The notes under the pieces are model-generated. The model worked only from the letters and a program-made list of their open reading frames with translations, made no database searches and was not told the DNA's origin. Both the position numbers and the translations under genes were made by a program. Positions 52,091 through 64,000 of a stretch of 64,000 bases of DNA are shown here, in pieces (the first letter of the stretch is position 1; every line of letters starts with the position of its first letter). Origin of the DNA: Chrysomallon squamiferum (Eukaryota; Animalia; Mollusca); contig CM022678.1 in assembly GCA_012295275.1 (NCBI GenBank), forward strand, positions 8,060,001-8,124,000. The letters are read 5' to 3'.

Positions 52091-52568
52091 GTAAGGAATG
52101 TGTATTTATTTAATAAGGTTTTTTTTTTAGGATTTTCTTTCTCACCTGTGTAGAGTTTCCCTGGCTCTCTCCCCCCCCACCCCTCAGGGTGTATTTATAT
52201 GTTTAGGTAACTTGTATACTTAACTTTGTGTGTAGGCAGGAGAAAGCTAAGTAAATAAATAACAAGAACATTTTTGTGTTTTGTGTGTGTGTGTGTGTTT
52301 ATATATCTGTGTGTTTGTGTATGTATTTCTAATTTTATATGTGTGTATGTAGTATGTAGGTTTCATGTATATGTGTGTATATTGTTTGGTGCATGTGAAT
52401 ATCTGTTAGTTTGTGTGTCTGTATGTGTGTGTGTGTATGAATGTGTGTTTTTTATATATTCATGTAGTTAGATATATGTGAATCAGTGTGTGTATTTTTC
52501 TATTTCTGTGTAATATTATTATATTACAAAGAAGAAAATGGAAAATAATTGTGTCTATCCACATTTAA

Positions 52569-52649
<81 letters not shown>

Positions 52650-52885
52650 CTTGGTATGTGTTTGCTTCAATAAAATCTGAATAACTGTAAAACAGTCTGA
52701 ATATATGTCCAACTGAGTGATCTAACCACTGAGCTACACAGACTGGGGTGGCCACACCTAGCAACAAGCTGTACGTTATCAACGTTAAATAACAATCAAT
52801 CATTGATCTTTGCTTTCTGAGTTTTAAACAAAATGGCTTTGTTCTGGCACGACTGCAAAAAAACACAGTGCAGTTGTTTTCATAC

Positions 52886-52920
<35 letters not shown>

Positions 52921-54649
52921 CATGAAATACTGAGTATGTGAACACAAATATCTCATTAAAAACTCATTATATTCAGTTCACTAAAATTGTTTTATTTGTA
53001 GAGATACAAAGAGAGAGAGAGAGAAGTTCATTGTTCACAATTTGTTTTACATTATATAAACTATTGATTAACCATTCATTATTTTCTGTGGAGGAAACAA
53101 AACCTACATTTTTTTTAATGTCTTTTATTAAAAAAAACTGTGTAAAAATAGTTTTATTTAAAAAAAAAAAAGTTTTGTTTTTGTCAAATGATGTAGATCA
53201 TGCTTGTTTTTTAGGGATTTGTTTTGGTATTAATTTGTTGTCTGTGATCACAAAAAACAAAGTGAAATCATTAATGGATGTAGCTTTTTTTTGTCTTCAT
53301 CTAATTTCAGCGTTGATTTATTTTCTGAACTAATTTTTGCTGAACTTGAAGAACCTGCTCATCATTTAGATGTGTTTTTATTTTTCAAATATTTTAGATT
53401 AATTTTTTCAGAACTAATTTGCCTGTGTTTTGAAAATCAAAACAAAACATCACTTCTTTCTTTATTTAAATAAATAAATAAAAAACATTTCAGCTTGGAT
53501 GTTTTTTATTTTGAGTTAATCATCCTGAATTTCAGAAACAGAAATTTAAAATTAGTTGGATTATATTTTTCTTTTTTTCTAAATATTTTTTTTTTTTTTT
53601 TTTAGATCATTTACGTACATTTTTAAATAAAAATACAGACTTTTAAAAAACATATGTATTATTCAGTTTTAATATTTCAGTTTTGTGTATTACATTTTTA
53701 TTAGTTAATTTGCTTGAATTAAAGAAGGGAAAAAACTAACTTTTTCTTTCTGAATGATAGAAATATTTGTAAAATTATTTTACTGAATTTGAGAAAGAAA
53801 ATCAAAGTTTAATCATTTACTGTTTTTTTAATGTTTTAAAAGAAATTTAATTTTTAACAGCTAAACAATTTAAATACAGACAGACAAATACACATACACA
53901 CACATACACACACATAAACATACATAGATATACATGTATATTTATATATATAAATATATACACACACACACACACAATTTATATGTAGATATAATTATAT
54001 TAAATGCAGTTATTTCCCTTTTTGCATTCAATAACCAGTTGTCAACCTTATAAAACAAAAATGTTACAAACTGCTAAAAAATTATCTAATTTCAAAAATC
54101 CATAAAATATAATCTTAATTAAAAAAACAACAAAAAAAACATTCATTATCAATTTTAAAATTCTAATAACATGATAAATTATTATAATCATTTAAAAGCA
54201 AAAGTTACGCTTGAATGAACGGCAAAAATAAAGTGTTAACAACAATTGCAAATTTTTTCATTTCCAATATTTAAAATACGTCACTTCCTTGACTTTATTT
54301 TCTGAGAGAATTTTCAAAGATTCTGTGAGGAAATGGAAACCAGGTTACATGATGAGTGTGTAAGTAGTAATTTTTCATTCAAAAAAACCCTCAGAGAATT
54401 AGAAAAATTTCGTTCCAAGTTGCCCGTGTTGATTTGTAACGTTGTCATGGTTACCAGTGTAGTTTTAATTTTATTTATAAATATCTGATGAATTATAAAG
54501 TGTGAATCAGGCAAAAAGAAGACACACATATCAGTCTGTTTTCTGTTTTCTATCTATCTATATCTATATCTATCTATTCATATATCTATATATCTACATA
54601 TATGTTATAGTAATAACTAGATATAATGTTACATTTGGGTCTGTATGTG

Positions 54650-54693
<44 letters not shown>

Positions 54694-55181
54694 AATATCT
54701 TGATAAATGTGTGTATGTGTAAGATTTATTATGTAAAATATGTAAAATATTAACATAATTCTTATATTTTTATTAAAAGGCAAATTCTTTTGTGTGTGTG
54801 TGTGTTTGTATATTTTTTATACATTATAGGCAGGTATACGTCATATATATGCAGAGATGTATATGTATCTATACACACACACACACACACACAACACACA
54901 CACACATTTTATAAAACTGAGGCATGTCAGGTTATGGGATCAGTCCTCATAGAAACTTTCCTTCTGTCTGATACACTGTGTAAAACTTAACAGTATTTAA
55001 CAGCTACTAGTCTATGTTTACATACTTTTGGAGCACTGGGTAGATTGGGATATATGCCCAGAGCAGCATTGTTAGTGATTGATCACAACACTGCCTGCAT
55101 TCTAATCAGTGAAGTACAGTCCATACATAATTATTTGTAATAAATGATTAGGTCAGCAGATATTTACTGAATTAACATATG

Positions 55182-55263
<82 letters not shown>

Positions 55264-55385
55264 CAGATACATACATACATACACACACACATACTTTAAA
55301 TTAATAGATATATCTTCACCTATGTGTGTTATGTTGTATACCTTAACAGATATATTTATGTAAAAATATCTTTTATCCAAATTAG

Positions 55386-55434
<49 letters not shown>

Positions 55435-56734
55435 CCACACTCATACTCTTACTGTCTCACTTATACGAGAGCTCTAACCCATGAACCTCTGCGAGGTTAC
55501 TGAGTACAGAGGGATGGTCTGAGTTATCTTTCACTTCAGCAGATGTTTTGTAATTAACAGAGAAAACAGTAAAAGAAAAAAACACCTTATGTTGTTAGAT
55601 GAGTTTTAGGTAAGGGATTGGCAGAGGTGAGCAATGAAAAGGTGGAAAATAAACTGCAAAAACATACTCGCAGAAACTGAAAAAAATAAATACAAAAATA
55701 AACAAAGACAAGTAAGAAAATATGGCCTGCCTCAGAAAAAAACCTTTCATTTTATATTTAATTATCTCTTTACCTTTATTTTATTTTTTTCTTCTGTTTT
55801 CCTCTTCGCTCTTTCAGATATTTATTTTATCTGTCTTTTGTTTATTCTTTAATTCAGTGTTTGATTCTTTAGTACTACAACAGCTATAAATAACAAAACT
55901 GTCACTGCTACTGCTACCACAACATCTATTATTATCATTACTTGTACTACTAAATCTACTACTACTATTACTACTGCTAATGTTACTAAGACCACCTTTA
56001 TTATTGTAATTGTACTTCTACTCTACTGCTACTACTACTGCTACTTCTCCTATACTACTATTGTTATTACTACTACTGCTACTGCTCAACATCATCATAC
56101 TCATTGTTGTTGCCATTGTTGTTGTTGTTGCTTCTTTCACATAGAAGTATACAAAGTATATTTAGATTATTTCTTTGTAATTTTATACAATCACTACAAG
56201 TAATCCTTAACAAAACATAAATAAAACAATAACTTTAAATATACAAAACATAGTTAGATACTTAATAAAATAAATAAACTTGAACAAGATATAAATAAAA
56301 CTAATATGAAATATACTAAAATATATATTTAGATTATTTAACAGTAAAATAAATAAATTGGATCAAGAGTGAAATTAAATAATAAATATATATATACACA
56401 CATGTCTGTATGTATATATCTTTATGTATCTATGTAAATATTTATATATATATGTTTGTATGTATGTATATATATATATATGTATAATATATGTATATAT
56501 GTCTATCTTTATGTATCTATATATATATTTATATATATGTATATGTGTATATATTTAGGTATTTGAATAGCACAGTGGTATAGTTTAAGAGGCTAAAGGA
56601 AGGAAATCAGACTGAATTAGTGAAAAACGTAACTCATCTATGTTTGCTGATGTTTGAGATTAGTTTTACCTTTGATAAACATCTGTGTTCAGTTATACCT
56701 TGCTTTTGTAAATTATATATATATATATATATAT

Positions 56735-56792
<58 letters not shown>

Positions 56793-57077
56793 ACAGAGAA
56801 AGAGAGATGAACAGAGAAAGATTGAAGAATGTATCAGAGAAAGAGAAAGAATGAAAAAATATGAGAGAGAGAGAGAGTATGTTTATATCTGTTTCACCAA
56901 TAATGATGTATTTTTTTCTGTTTATATAACTGTGTGTGTGTCTAACTGAATGTATTTCTACTTCTGTACAGAATACTACATCATGATAGATGTTTCCATG
57001 CAAACACATACTTAAACAGGTATCCTGTTTATCTATCTATCTATCTAGCTGTCAATACACATACACACATATATATC

Positions 57078-57148
<71 letters not shown>

Positions 57149-57190
57149 TACATATATATAGACACACCCAGATACACACACACACAATCA

Positions 57191-57231
<41 letters not shown>

Positions 57232-57574
57232 TTCCCTCACCAACACACACACACACTTCCCTCACCAACAAATCACACTACAAACAAAAAAAACCCAACA
57301 ACCTCTCATCTCTTTGAACTTATAAATTGAAATTTTCAACGTGATTTGATGAGAAAGTCTTCGAGCTTTGTGGCCGCAGGTAACACATCGTCTAATGCTT
57401 TCCTGTTGCTGTCTCAGAGGCAAGCAACTTGTACCTGTGTGTGTCTTAGTACTTACCACATCACTCTGATGCTGTAAGCAGACTTTTCTCTGTATCATCT
57501 CTACAGAGCAGACTTGTTCCTCTTTATTGATTCTGGAACCTTTCCAAGAGTTAAGTTAATAATAATGAGGTATA

Positions 57575-57607
<33 letters not shown>

Positions 57608-58018
57608 CCGTTAAATAGAATGAAAGAAGGAAAATAACTGAGAGAGAAAAAAAAAAAAAATTTATGGGAAAAAATAAAAGAAGAGGAGGAAAATGGAAAG
57701 AAATTAAAAAAAAAAAAAAGGGAAAGGAAGAGAAAATTTAGAATAATAAGAAAGATGACAAAAGAAGAAATGGAGAAAAGAAAATGAAAATTTTTAGAAA
57801 AAATATAACAAATTGTAGAAAGAAAGAATAAAAATGGAAAGAAAAAGTACATACCATAAAATAAACCAATAAAGAAGAAAAGTAAACAGTAGATATATAT
57901 TTTAAGTAAACAGTAGAGATAAGATATTTGATACATTTCATATGAAATATTTTTACATATAACACCAAGTATACATTTTTACATACACTTATAATATGCA
58001 TATAGAGTTTAACGTGTG

Positions 58019-58128
<110 letters not shown>

Positions 58129-58254
58129 CAAATATAACATATGCATATTTATTAACTGTATTAGATGCATATCTTAGCATAATATACATATATGTTGTAA
58201 CAGTAAAACATACATTTGTATCTGTAATACACATGTATTCATATTTATCTATAA

Positions 58255-58478
58255 CATACCTGTATATATATTTAACACATGTATATATTTAAACTGTAAG
58301 AAACCTGGATATCTATTTAACAGTAACATACCTGTATGTATATTTAACTGTAACATACCTGTACATATATTTAACATACCTATATATATATATATATATA
58401 TATACATTTAACTGTAAGATACATATGTATATATTTAACTGTAACATACCTGTACATATATTTAACTGTAACATACTT
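58255..58478. repeat. 27-bp tandem repeat tatatttaactgtaacatacctgtaca
   Basis: Several near-identical copies, interrupted by an (AT)n tract. Confidence 0.85.
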
Positions 58479-58798
58479 GTGTGCGTTACGAGCAGGTTAG
58501 TCACCTGATACGTCTCACGTGCAGTAAAAACACGCGCAACTGCTGCACACAGAAAAGTAAAACATATTTTTTTTCACGGAGGTATTCAGTATTCGCGATT
58601 CGCTGGATTGCAGCGCACTTGAAGCGAGACTTTTAGCAGAACTAACTGGTCGTTGTCTGTCGGTCCGTTATTCTGTCAGGAGTTACTGTTCAAACCAAGA
58701 GGAGGAAACTGCTTTCGTTTCGAAATCTTTAGTAAAAGAAGTTAGAAAAAAACAACAAAACATAACAAACCCAACGGTGTCAGTGTTTTTGACTGCTG

Positions 58799-58832
<34 letters not shown>

Positions 58833-60173
58833 GTTTTTGGAGTAATGTTTAGTTTGGAATTCGTTTTAATGAAATAATGCCTGGGAATTTTGGAAAGATA
58901 ATAAGGAGGTTGTTAATGTTAAAAAAAAGAGAAAGAGATAATCTTTTTAGTCGTTTGTACTGAGAGACTTTGCTAAAGGAAAAAAACTGCTCATCATTTT
59001 AATTTTGAAATAATCCGAAGAATAACAAAATAACGAGGATTTGTAGAAACAAGTACGAAAAACTTAATTAAGGACTTTTATATGAACTCAGAGTCTGTTT
59101 TTATATTCCTCTTCTAAGGACCAGTTTTCTTTTTTTAACTCATTGAAGGACTTCCTTATCAAAACATTTTCGTACATCGTTCACATAAGCATTTTTGATT
59201 CACGTAAGGACGTTTTGAGCCATCAAGGACTTGTTTGTATACTCGTAAGACATTTCTCTGACTCACGTAATAATTTATTTTCGTGAAAGGGTTTTTTGGA
59301 ATCGGTTTTTGGATCACATTTGGACTTTGTATGACTTTTTGCACATTTCATATTACTCACAGAAGGACTTTATGTTGATAATTCGAGGACGCAGACGGTC
59401 AGAATCCATTATTACTCATTTAAAGAATCATTAATTTAAATTCGAGACGTAGGATTTTTAAATTGTATTCAGTCTAGGACCGTGCACAAACTTATTTCTT
59501 TCTTTCTCTCTCTCTCTCTCGCTTTATGAAAGAAAAATATTGAACAATATCTTAGAAGATTAAAGAAAAAGGAAGATATATTTCTGTTTTTCCTGCGCTG
59601 AGAAGTAAACAAATCTTTATCCAGTGGAAATGAGAACTGTGATGTAGAGAACACATTTTACTGCTGCAAGTCGGTCGAACAAGTCGAAAAAAAAAAAAAA
59701 AAAAAAATTTCTCGCGAGGAAACTGAACACCTCCTCGTCTTCGTTTTAAAGATGGAAAAGATTATAGTTCCCCGGATTTATTAATAGAAAGAAAAATTCT
59801 TCCGCAGCTTCGTCGTTTAACGATTTGCAGCGAAAAAATTGTTTGTTATGACAGAGAGTCGATTTGTTTGTGCGTTTTCTAAACGACGAAGAAAGGAGAT
59901 ACTTAATGTGTTAACTGATATCTTGAGAGAGAGAGGGAGTGAGACAGTTTTATTATAATTTCTTAGAAAATAATAATTATTAGAAAAAAAAAAAAAAAAA
60001 AAAGAAAGAAAGAAAAAGAAGTGGAAATATTTTTATGGCTTTTATGACGTTGTGAGAGATGGAAGCAGGATAAAGCGATTAATTTCTAACAGAATATTTT
60101 CTTAAAAGAGAGAGAAATATATTTATTACTTTGGTGGCAAATATTTCTGAAGAAAAAAGGGGAAAAAAATCTT

Positions 60174-60253
<80 letters not shown>

Positions 60254-61186
60254 GTGAGATTTATAGAACAAACTATTATTAATTTATAAAGAAATACTTC
60301 ATGAGAAGGTGAGAGAACTTTTTTTTTTTACTGTATACGAGAAGGAAAAAGGTGGCACGAGAGTAAACAGACGAAATTTCTTTTCACTGATCTAAAGAAA
60401 ACATTTAAATTTTTTTCTATCTGAAAAGAAAATTTGCGTAGTTTGGATTTTGTGATGTAAACGATCCAAAGGAAACAAAATAAGTGAAAAAACAAACAAA
60501 AACAAACCAACAACAAACAAACAGAATCTGCAAATGTAAAAAAAGGATCGTATTTTCAGCTAATTTAAGAAAGAAGTTTTTTAAACGTTTTATTTTTTTC
60601 ATTTTTTAATGAAAACAAAACAGCAAGTAAAGAGGGAGGAGTAAAATTGTGAAGTCAGACAGACTCAGTGATAGAACAAACTTCATACAGAGAACAAACA
60701 AAACTTCTTCAGCATATTAAACGAACTGAGTTTTTGTTTCTGATTATTTTGGTGAAGAAATATAGAAAGGAATTACAACATTTTTACCTACCTGTGTAGA
60801 AATATCCTGCGATTGTATGAAAAATTGACTGCAGCTGATATAAAGGCAACTAGGAACTGTATAAAAAAAAAATATTCCTAGGTAAAATATTTGCTATACT
60901 TCCACTGAAAAGATTCGAACTCGACTACTCCGATGCTTTACAAACTGCTTTACGTTATGGAACATTTTCATCTAGATGTTGCTCTGTGTCTTTGTTTATA
61001 ATAAATATAAATAATCGCGTGGGAAGCAAGTAGAAAAGTTCCTGCCAGGAGTAGTCACACAGAGGACTTTATACGTAAACGTTTTTATTATTATTATTAA
61101 AATTAAGTTGAAGGTAAATGAACGAGATGGACGGAGGATGATGTTGACGCGACGTCTAGGACATTTTGTTTAAATAAGAAATCCAA

Positions 61187-63814
61187 ATGTTACCCAAAAT
61201 GTGGTTTGCCGTTTCGTGCCTCCCCAGCGACGACGAGAAGTCGGAGACGAGAAATGAGGGGAGGGAGACTGGCAAACCGAGAACAGCGAAATACAACAAC
61301 AACAACAACAGCAAGCCCTGCTGCAGCGTCAAGCCTCTCCAGCGGCAGCTCTCCGAGTTCATGGAGTCGAGCAACGGCTGCCGAAACATTCGCCGAATTT
61401 CGTCGAAGATCCTCCCCGCCGCCTGTCACCGGAGCGGCGAGGTCCGGGCAGACGCGCAGTCGGACGGGCGGGAGATCGACGTGCGGACGATCCTCAGACG
61501 CTACAGCAAGACGACGATGGTGCAGAGCAGAACGGTCCCCGAGATGCGCAGGAAGACGGAGGAGGCAGGCGGCGTGGGAAACGTCAGGAGGACGTTCTGC
61601 CAGACCAACGTCGCGACGAGGCAGACTCCGACCGCGTCGACAGCGAGCGAGAAGGACAGACGCGTCGGCGGCGGCTTGAGACGACTGCCGAGTTTGTCAG
61701 ACTCGTCAGCGACCAGCGGGCAGCAGCCAGCGAGGAAGCACAGCTGCTACGAGGAAGGAGGAAAAGAGAAGATAACTCCAGCTAAGTGTGGTGGAGCGCC
61801 TTTCAGAACGAGGTTGAACAGAGATGACGGGAGTCAGAGACAGCAGACAGCAGCAGCATCATCATCAAAGGTCAGTTCCGCGTCTTGTAGAAGTGTGCTA
61901 AAGAGAGACCAGGCGATCCAGTCAAAGATTCAGTCCAGTGCATCTTCCAGAAATACGTTGAATAAGGTTAGCCAGAGTTCTTCGCATTCCGCGTCTTCTA
62001 GAAAGTCATCGCATTCGTCTCAGGAGACACAGTTTAAAGTGGAGCGATGCCAGTCTAAGTCAGACACAAACACACGCAGAAAGTCCGTGTACGAGTCTTC
62101 ACAGACTGCGTCTAAAGCAGAAAGCTCGCAGTCCAGACCAAACACAAACACAAAAAAACCTTCTAGAAACGTATCAAACGGCTCTCAGGAACGAACACCT
62201 AAAGAGGAACCGTTGAGACGAACAAACAGACGGACAGACAAGAATGACACGTCAGCTGACAGGCAAAACAGAACGTATTCAGGCTGTTACGAAAATGCGT
62301 CTGTACCCGTATTTCAGAACCGGAAGTCGATCTACGACATTCCACAAAGCAAAGACGTGTGCGAGAGCTCGGGAGTAACGAAGAGAAACGACTGGACCCG
62401 ACAGAAAGTCGTCAGGAGACAAAACACTAATTCCTCTGCAAAACGAAATGGACAGGAACAAATCCTCGATAAAAGAAAGGGTCAGATTTTTGAAAAAGAA
62501 GGAAAAAATTACGACGACACGGAAACAATCTTGCCCAGCCACAGAAGAGAAAATGAAGCACCGAATTATCAAGCTGAGAACAAAAACGCTGGTAAATGTT
62601 TACCCCTGAACAACGCTAATGAAACAAGTAGCAGGAAGAAAAATTATCACACGCTGTCACACATACCTCACTCGGGTGAGCCAAAAGGTCCACACAGACT
62701 GAATAACAAAACCCTCACCGAATCGAAGACTCTCAAAGCTTTGAACGAGCAGTCGCTGCTGCTGCAGTCGAAGCCGTGCAATCTGAACTCGAGACTTCTG
62801 CTTCCTTACGAAAACCGATCGGACGCCGCGGATCTGAGAAAGAGGCAGCCCAACTCGGACAGCAGTCCCGAGAATCTGTCGGCCTACAACGACTCCGACC
62901 TCTTGTCCAGCTGCCTGTCTGAATACGACAACCTCGTGCAGAGTGTCGACGTTTCAGGTGACGACCCTTCGCAAGGACTCGCTCGCAATCAGCAAAACAC
63001 GACGAACGGTTTGTGTGCTCAAAGTCGTCACGTTCCGAAAAACGATCATCGCGTTTCAAATCAGCTTGTTTCAGGAGCTGTCCAGAATGATCAATATAAT
63101 CAGTTTCCATTAGCCGATTCACATTTTCAAGACGATCTGCTTTCAAAAACTGATCAGCGTGGTCCTACTTCTCAGCACATTGTAGAAGTGAGACCACAGA
63201 TTGTGAGGCGTAACCATGGAAACAAGAGCTCAAACGAGTCCGGGGCTGGTGGAAGTGTGAGAAGAAGCTGCAGAGCTCCAACAAAACACGTGGTGGAAAT
63301 ACGACCACAGATTCAATTCACTCGCCAGTCGAAAGTGAAAGTGAAAACTGACGTCACTCCAGAAACCGACAGAAAGAATTTCAAGATGGCTGTTTCTTCT
63401 ACCAATGTTCAGAGACAAATAGCGAAGTTTTCAGTGGGCAAAAGTGATTCTTCTGCAGATGAATCGAGGTCAAAGATAAAAGCAAATGAACAAATGATGA
63501 TACAGAGAAAATCCAAAGATGAAAAGATGATAAAGGGTAAAGCAAATGAGGAAAAGCTGACAAACAGAAAAACGAACGACGAAACGACGAAGCCAAACAG
63601 CAGACTTCCAAGATTTTCTGTGAAGAGTACTCGGCCTGAAGAAGAAAAACGTAAAACGAATATTTCAAACGTAACGGACTACGACAGGAACGGATTTCCC
63701 GCAGGCAGACCAAATAACCAAATAAAGAATTTTCCTCAGAAAAGACTCGTAACGAGTCGTACGTCTCCCAGAGCCACACGAGTTTCTTGTATATCGACAG
63801 AAACCGGTTTGTAG
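61187..63814 (+). CDS. Large exon encoding an uncharacterised Ser/Arg/Lys/Asn-rich, probably disordered protein region; truncated by a frameshift near 63717
   Basis: 875 open codons of non-repetitive, GC-elevated sequence in an AT-rich background; no recognisable folded domain. Confidence 0.8.
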   Translation: MLPKMWFAVSCLPSDDEKSETRNEGRETGKPRTAKYNNNNNSKPCCSVKPLQRQLSEFMESSNGCRNIRRISSKILPAACHRSGEVRADAQSDGREIDVRTILRRYSKTTMVQSRTVPEMRRKTEEAGGVGNVRRTFCQTNVATRQTPTASTASEKDRRVGGGLRRLPSLSDSSATSGQQPARKHSCYEEGGKEKITPAKCGGAPFRTRLNRDDGSQRQQTAAASSSKVSSASCRSVLKRDQAIQSKIQSSASSRNTLNKVSQSSSHSASSRKSSHSSQETQFKVERCQSKSDTNTRRKSVYESSQTASKAESSQSRPNTNTKKPSRNVSNGSQERTPKEEPLRRTNRRTDKNDTSADRQNRTYSGCYENASVPVFQNRKSIYDIPQSKDVCESSGVTKRNDWTRQKVVRRQNTNSSAKRNGQEQILDKRKGQIFEKEGKNYDDTETILPSHRRENEAPNYQAENKNAGKCLPLNNANETSSRKKNYHTLSHIPHSGEPKGPHRLNNKTLTESKTLKALNEQSLLLQSKPCNLNSRLLLPYENRSDAADLRKRQPNSDSSPENLSAYNDSDLLSSCLSEYDNLVQSVDVSGDDPSQGLARNQQNTTNGLCAQSRHVPKNDHRVSNQLVSGAVQNDQYNQFPLADSHFQDDLLSKTDQRGPTSQHIVEVRPQIVRRNHGNKSSNESGAGGSVRRSCRAPTKHVVEIRPQIQFTRQSKVKVKTDVTPETDRKNFKMAVSSTNVQRQIAKFSVGKSDSSADESRSKIKANEQMMIQRKSKDEKMIKGKANEEKLTNRKTNDETTKPNSRLPRFSVKSTRPEEEKRKTNISNVTDYDRNGFPAGRPNNQIKNFPQKRLVTSRTSPRATRVSCISTETGL

Positions 63815-64000
63815 CGAAAGACAAGACATTTGTAAACTCTTACAGTCGTCCCGAGCACGTGAGTACAGTATCCAGTGGATGTACTAGTGTATCAGGAAGA
63901 CCAATCCCGTCAAAACCGACTCCTGCAACAGATTCAGAAAAACAGGTTTCGTCAGTCAGTCAGGTTTTGAAGAAGGAAACGACATCTCATTCTGCATCCA
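63718..64000 (+). CDS. Shifted-frame continuation of the large exon (PNKEFSSEKTRNESYVSQ...KKETTSHSAS), open to the window end
   Basis: Hand translation shows 94 stop-free codons of the same composition. It joins the upstream ORF in frame if one copy of CCAAATAA (63710-63725) is removed. Confidence 0.7.

Noticed and set aside
63718-63814. Programmed -1 ribosomal frameshift as the explanation for the overlapping frames
   Set aside because: No canonical X-XXY-YYZ slippery heptamer with a downstream structure was recognised; the 8-bp duplication explains the shift more simply.

Overview
AT-rich, microsatellite-dense eukaryotic (animal) genomic DNA with spliced genes; an invertebrate, possibly a mollusc, which is a tentative inference from composition and gene structure. 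Supported content: (1) a four-coding-exon lipoyltransferase LIPT1 on the minus strand (1318-4238, 393 aa), head-to-head with (2) a five-exon CCDC43 on the plus strand (5104-8121, about 214 aa) whose last two introns are both minor-spliceosome (U12-type) introns flanking a 53-nt exon; (3) an intact tRNA-Arg(ACG) and a nearby 3'-half pseudocopy; (4) a three-exon Tribbles pseudokinase (24786-29362, 340 aa) with a uORF-bearing leader and many bZIP sites around it; (5) from about 34 kb to the end, several candidate alternative 5' exons and motif clusters (RFX, GATA, DR1), ending in a very large Ser/Arg/Lys-rich, probably disordered exon (61187 to beyond 64000) that is frameshifted by an 8-bp tandem duplication. 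Most short ORFs in the supplied track are microsatellite artefacts. I found no prokaryotic-type system, CRISPR array or autonomous transposon. The best leads are the twin U12 introns, the 8-bp frameshift, an unexplained GC-rich structured island at about 16.06-16.32 kb, a recurring CGTCTGC motif and a duplicated CCAAT-TGTACACGTCAC-GATTAGTG module. None is proven to be a new biological system from sequence alone.
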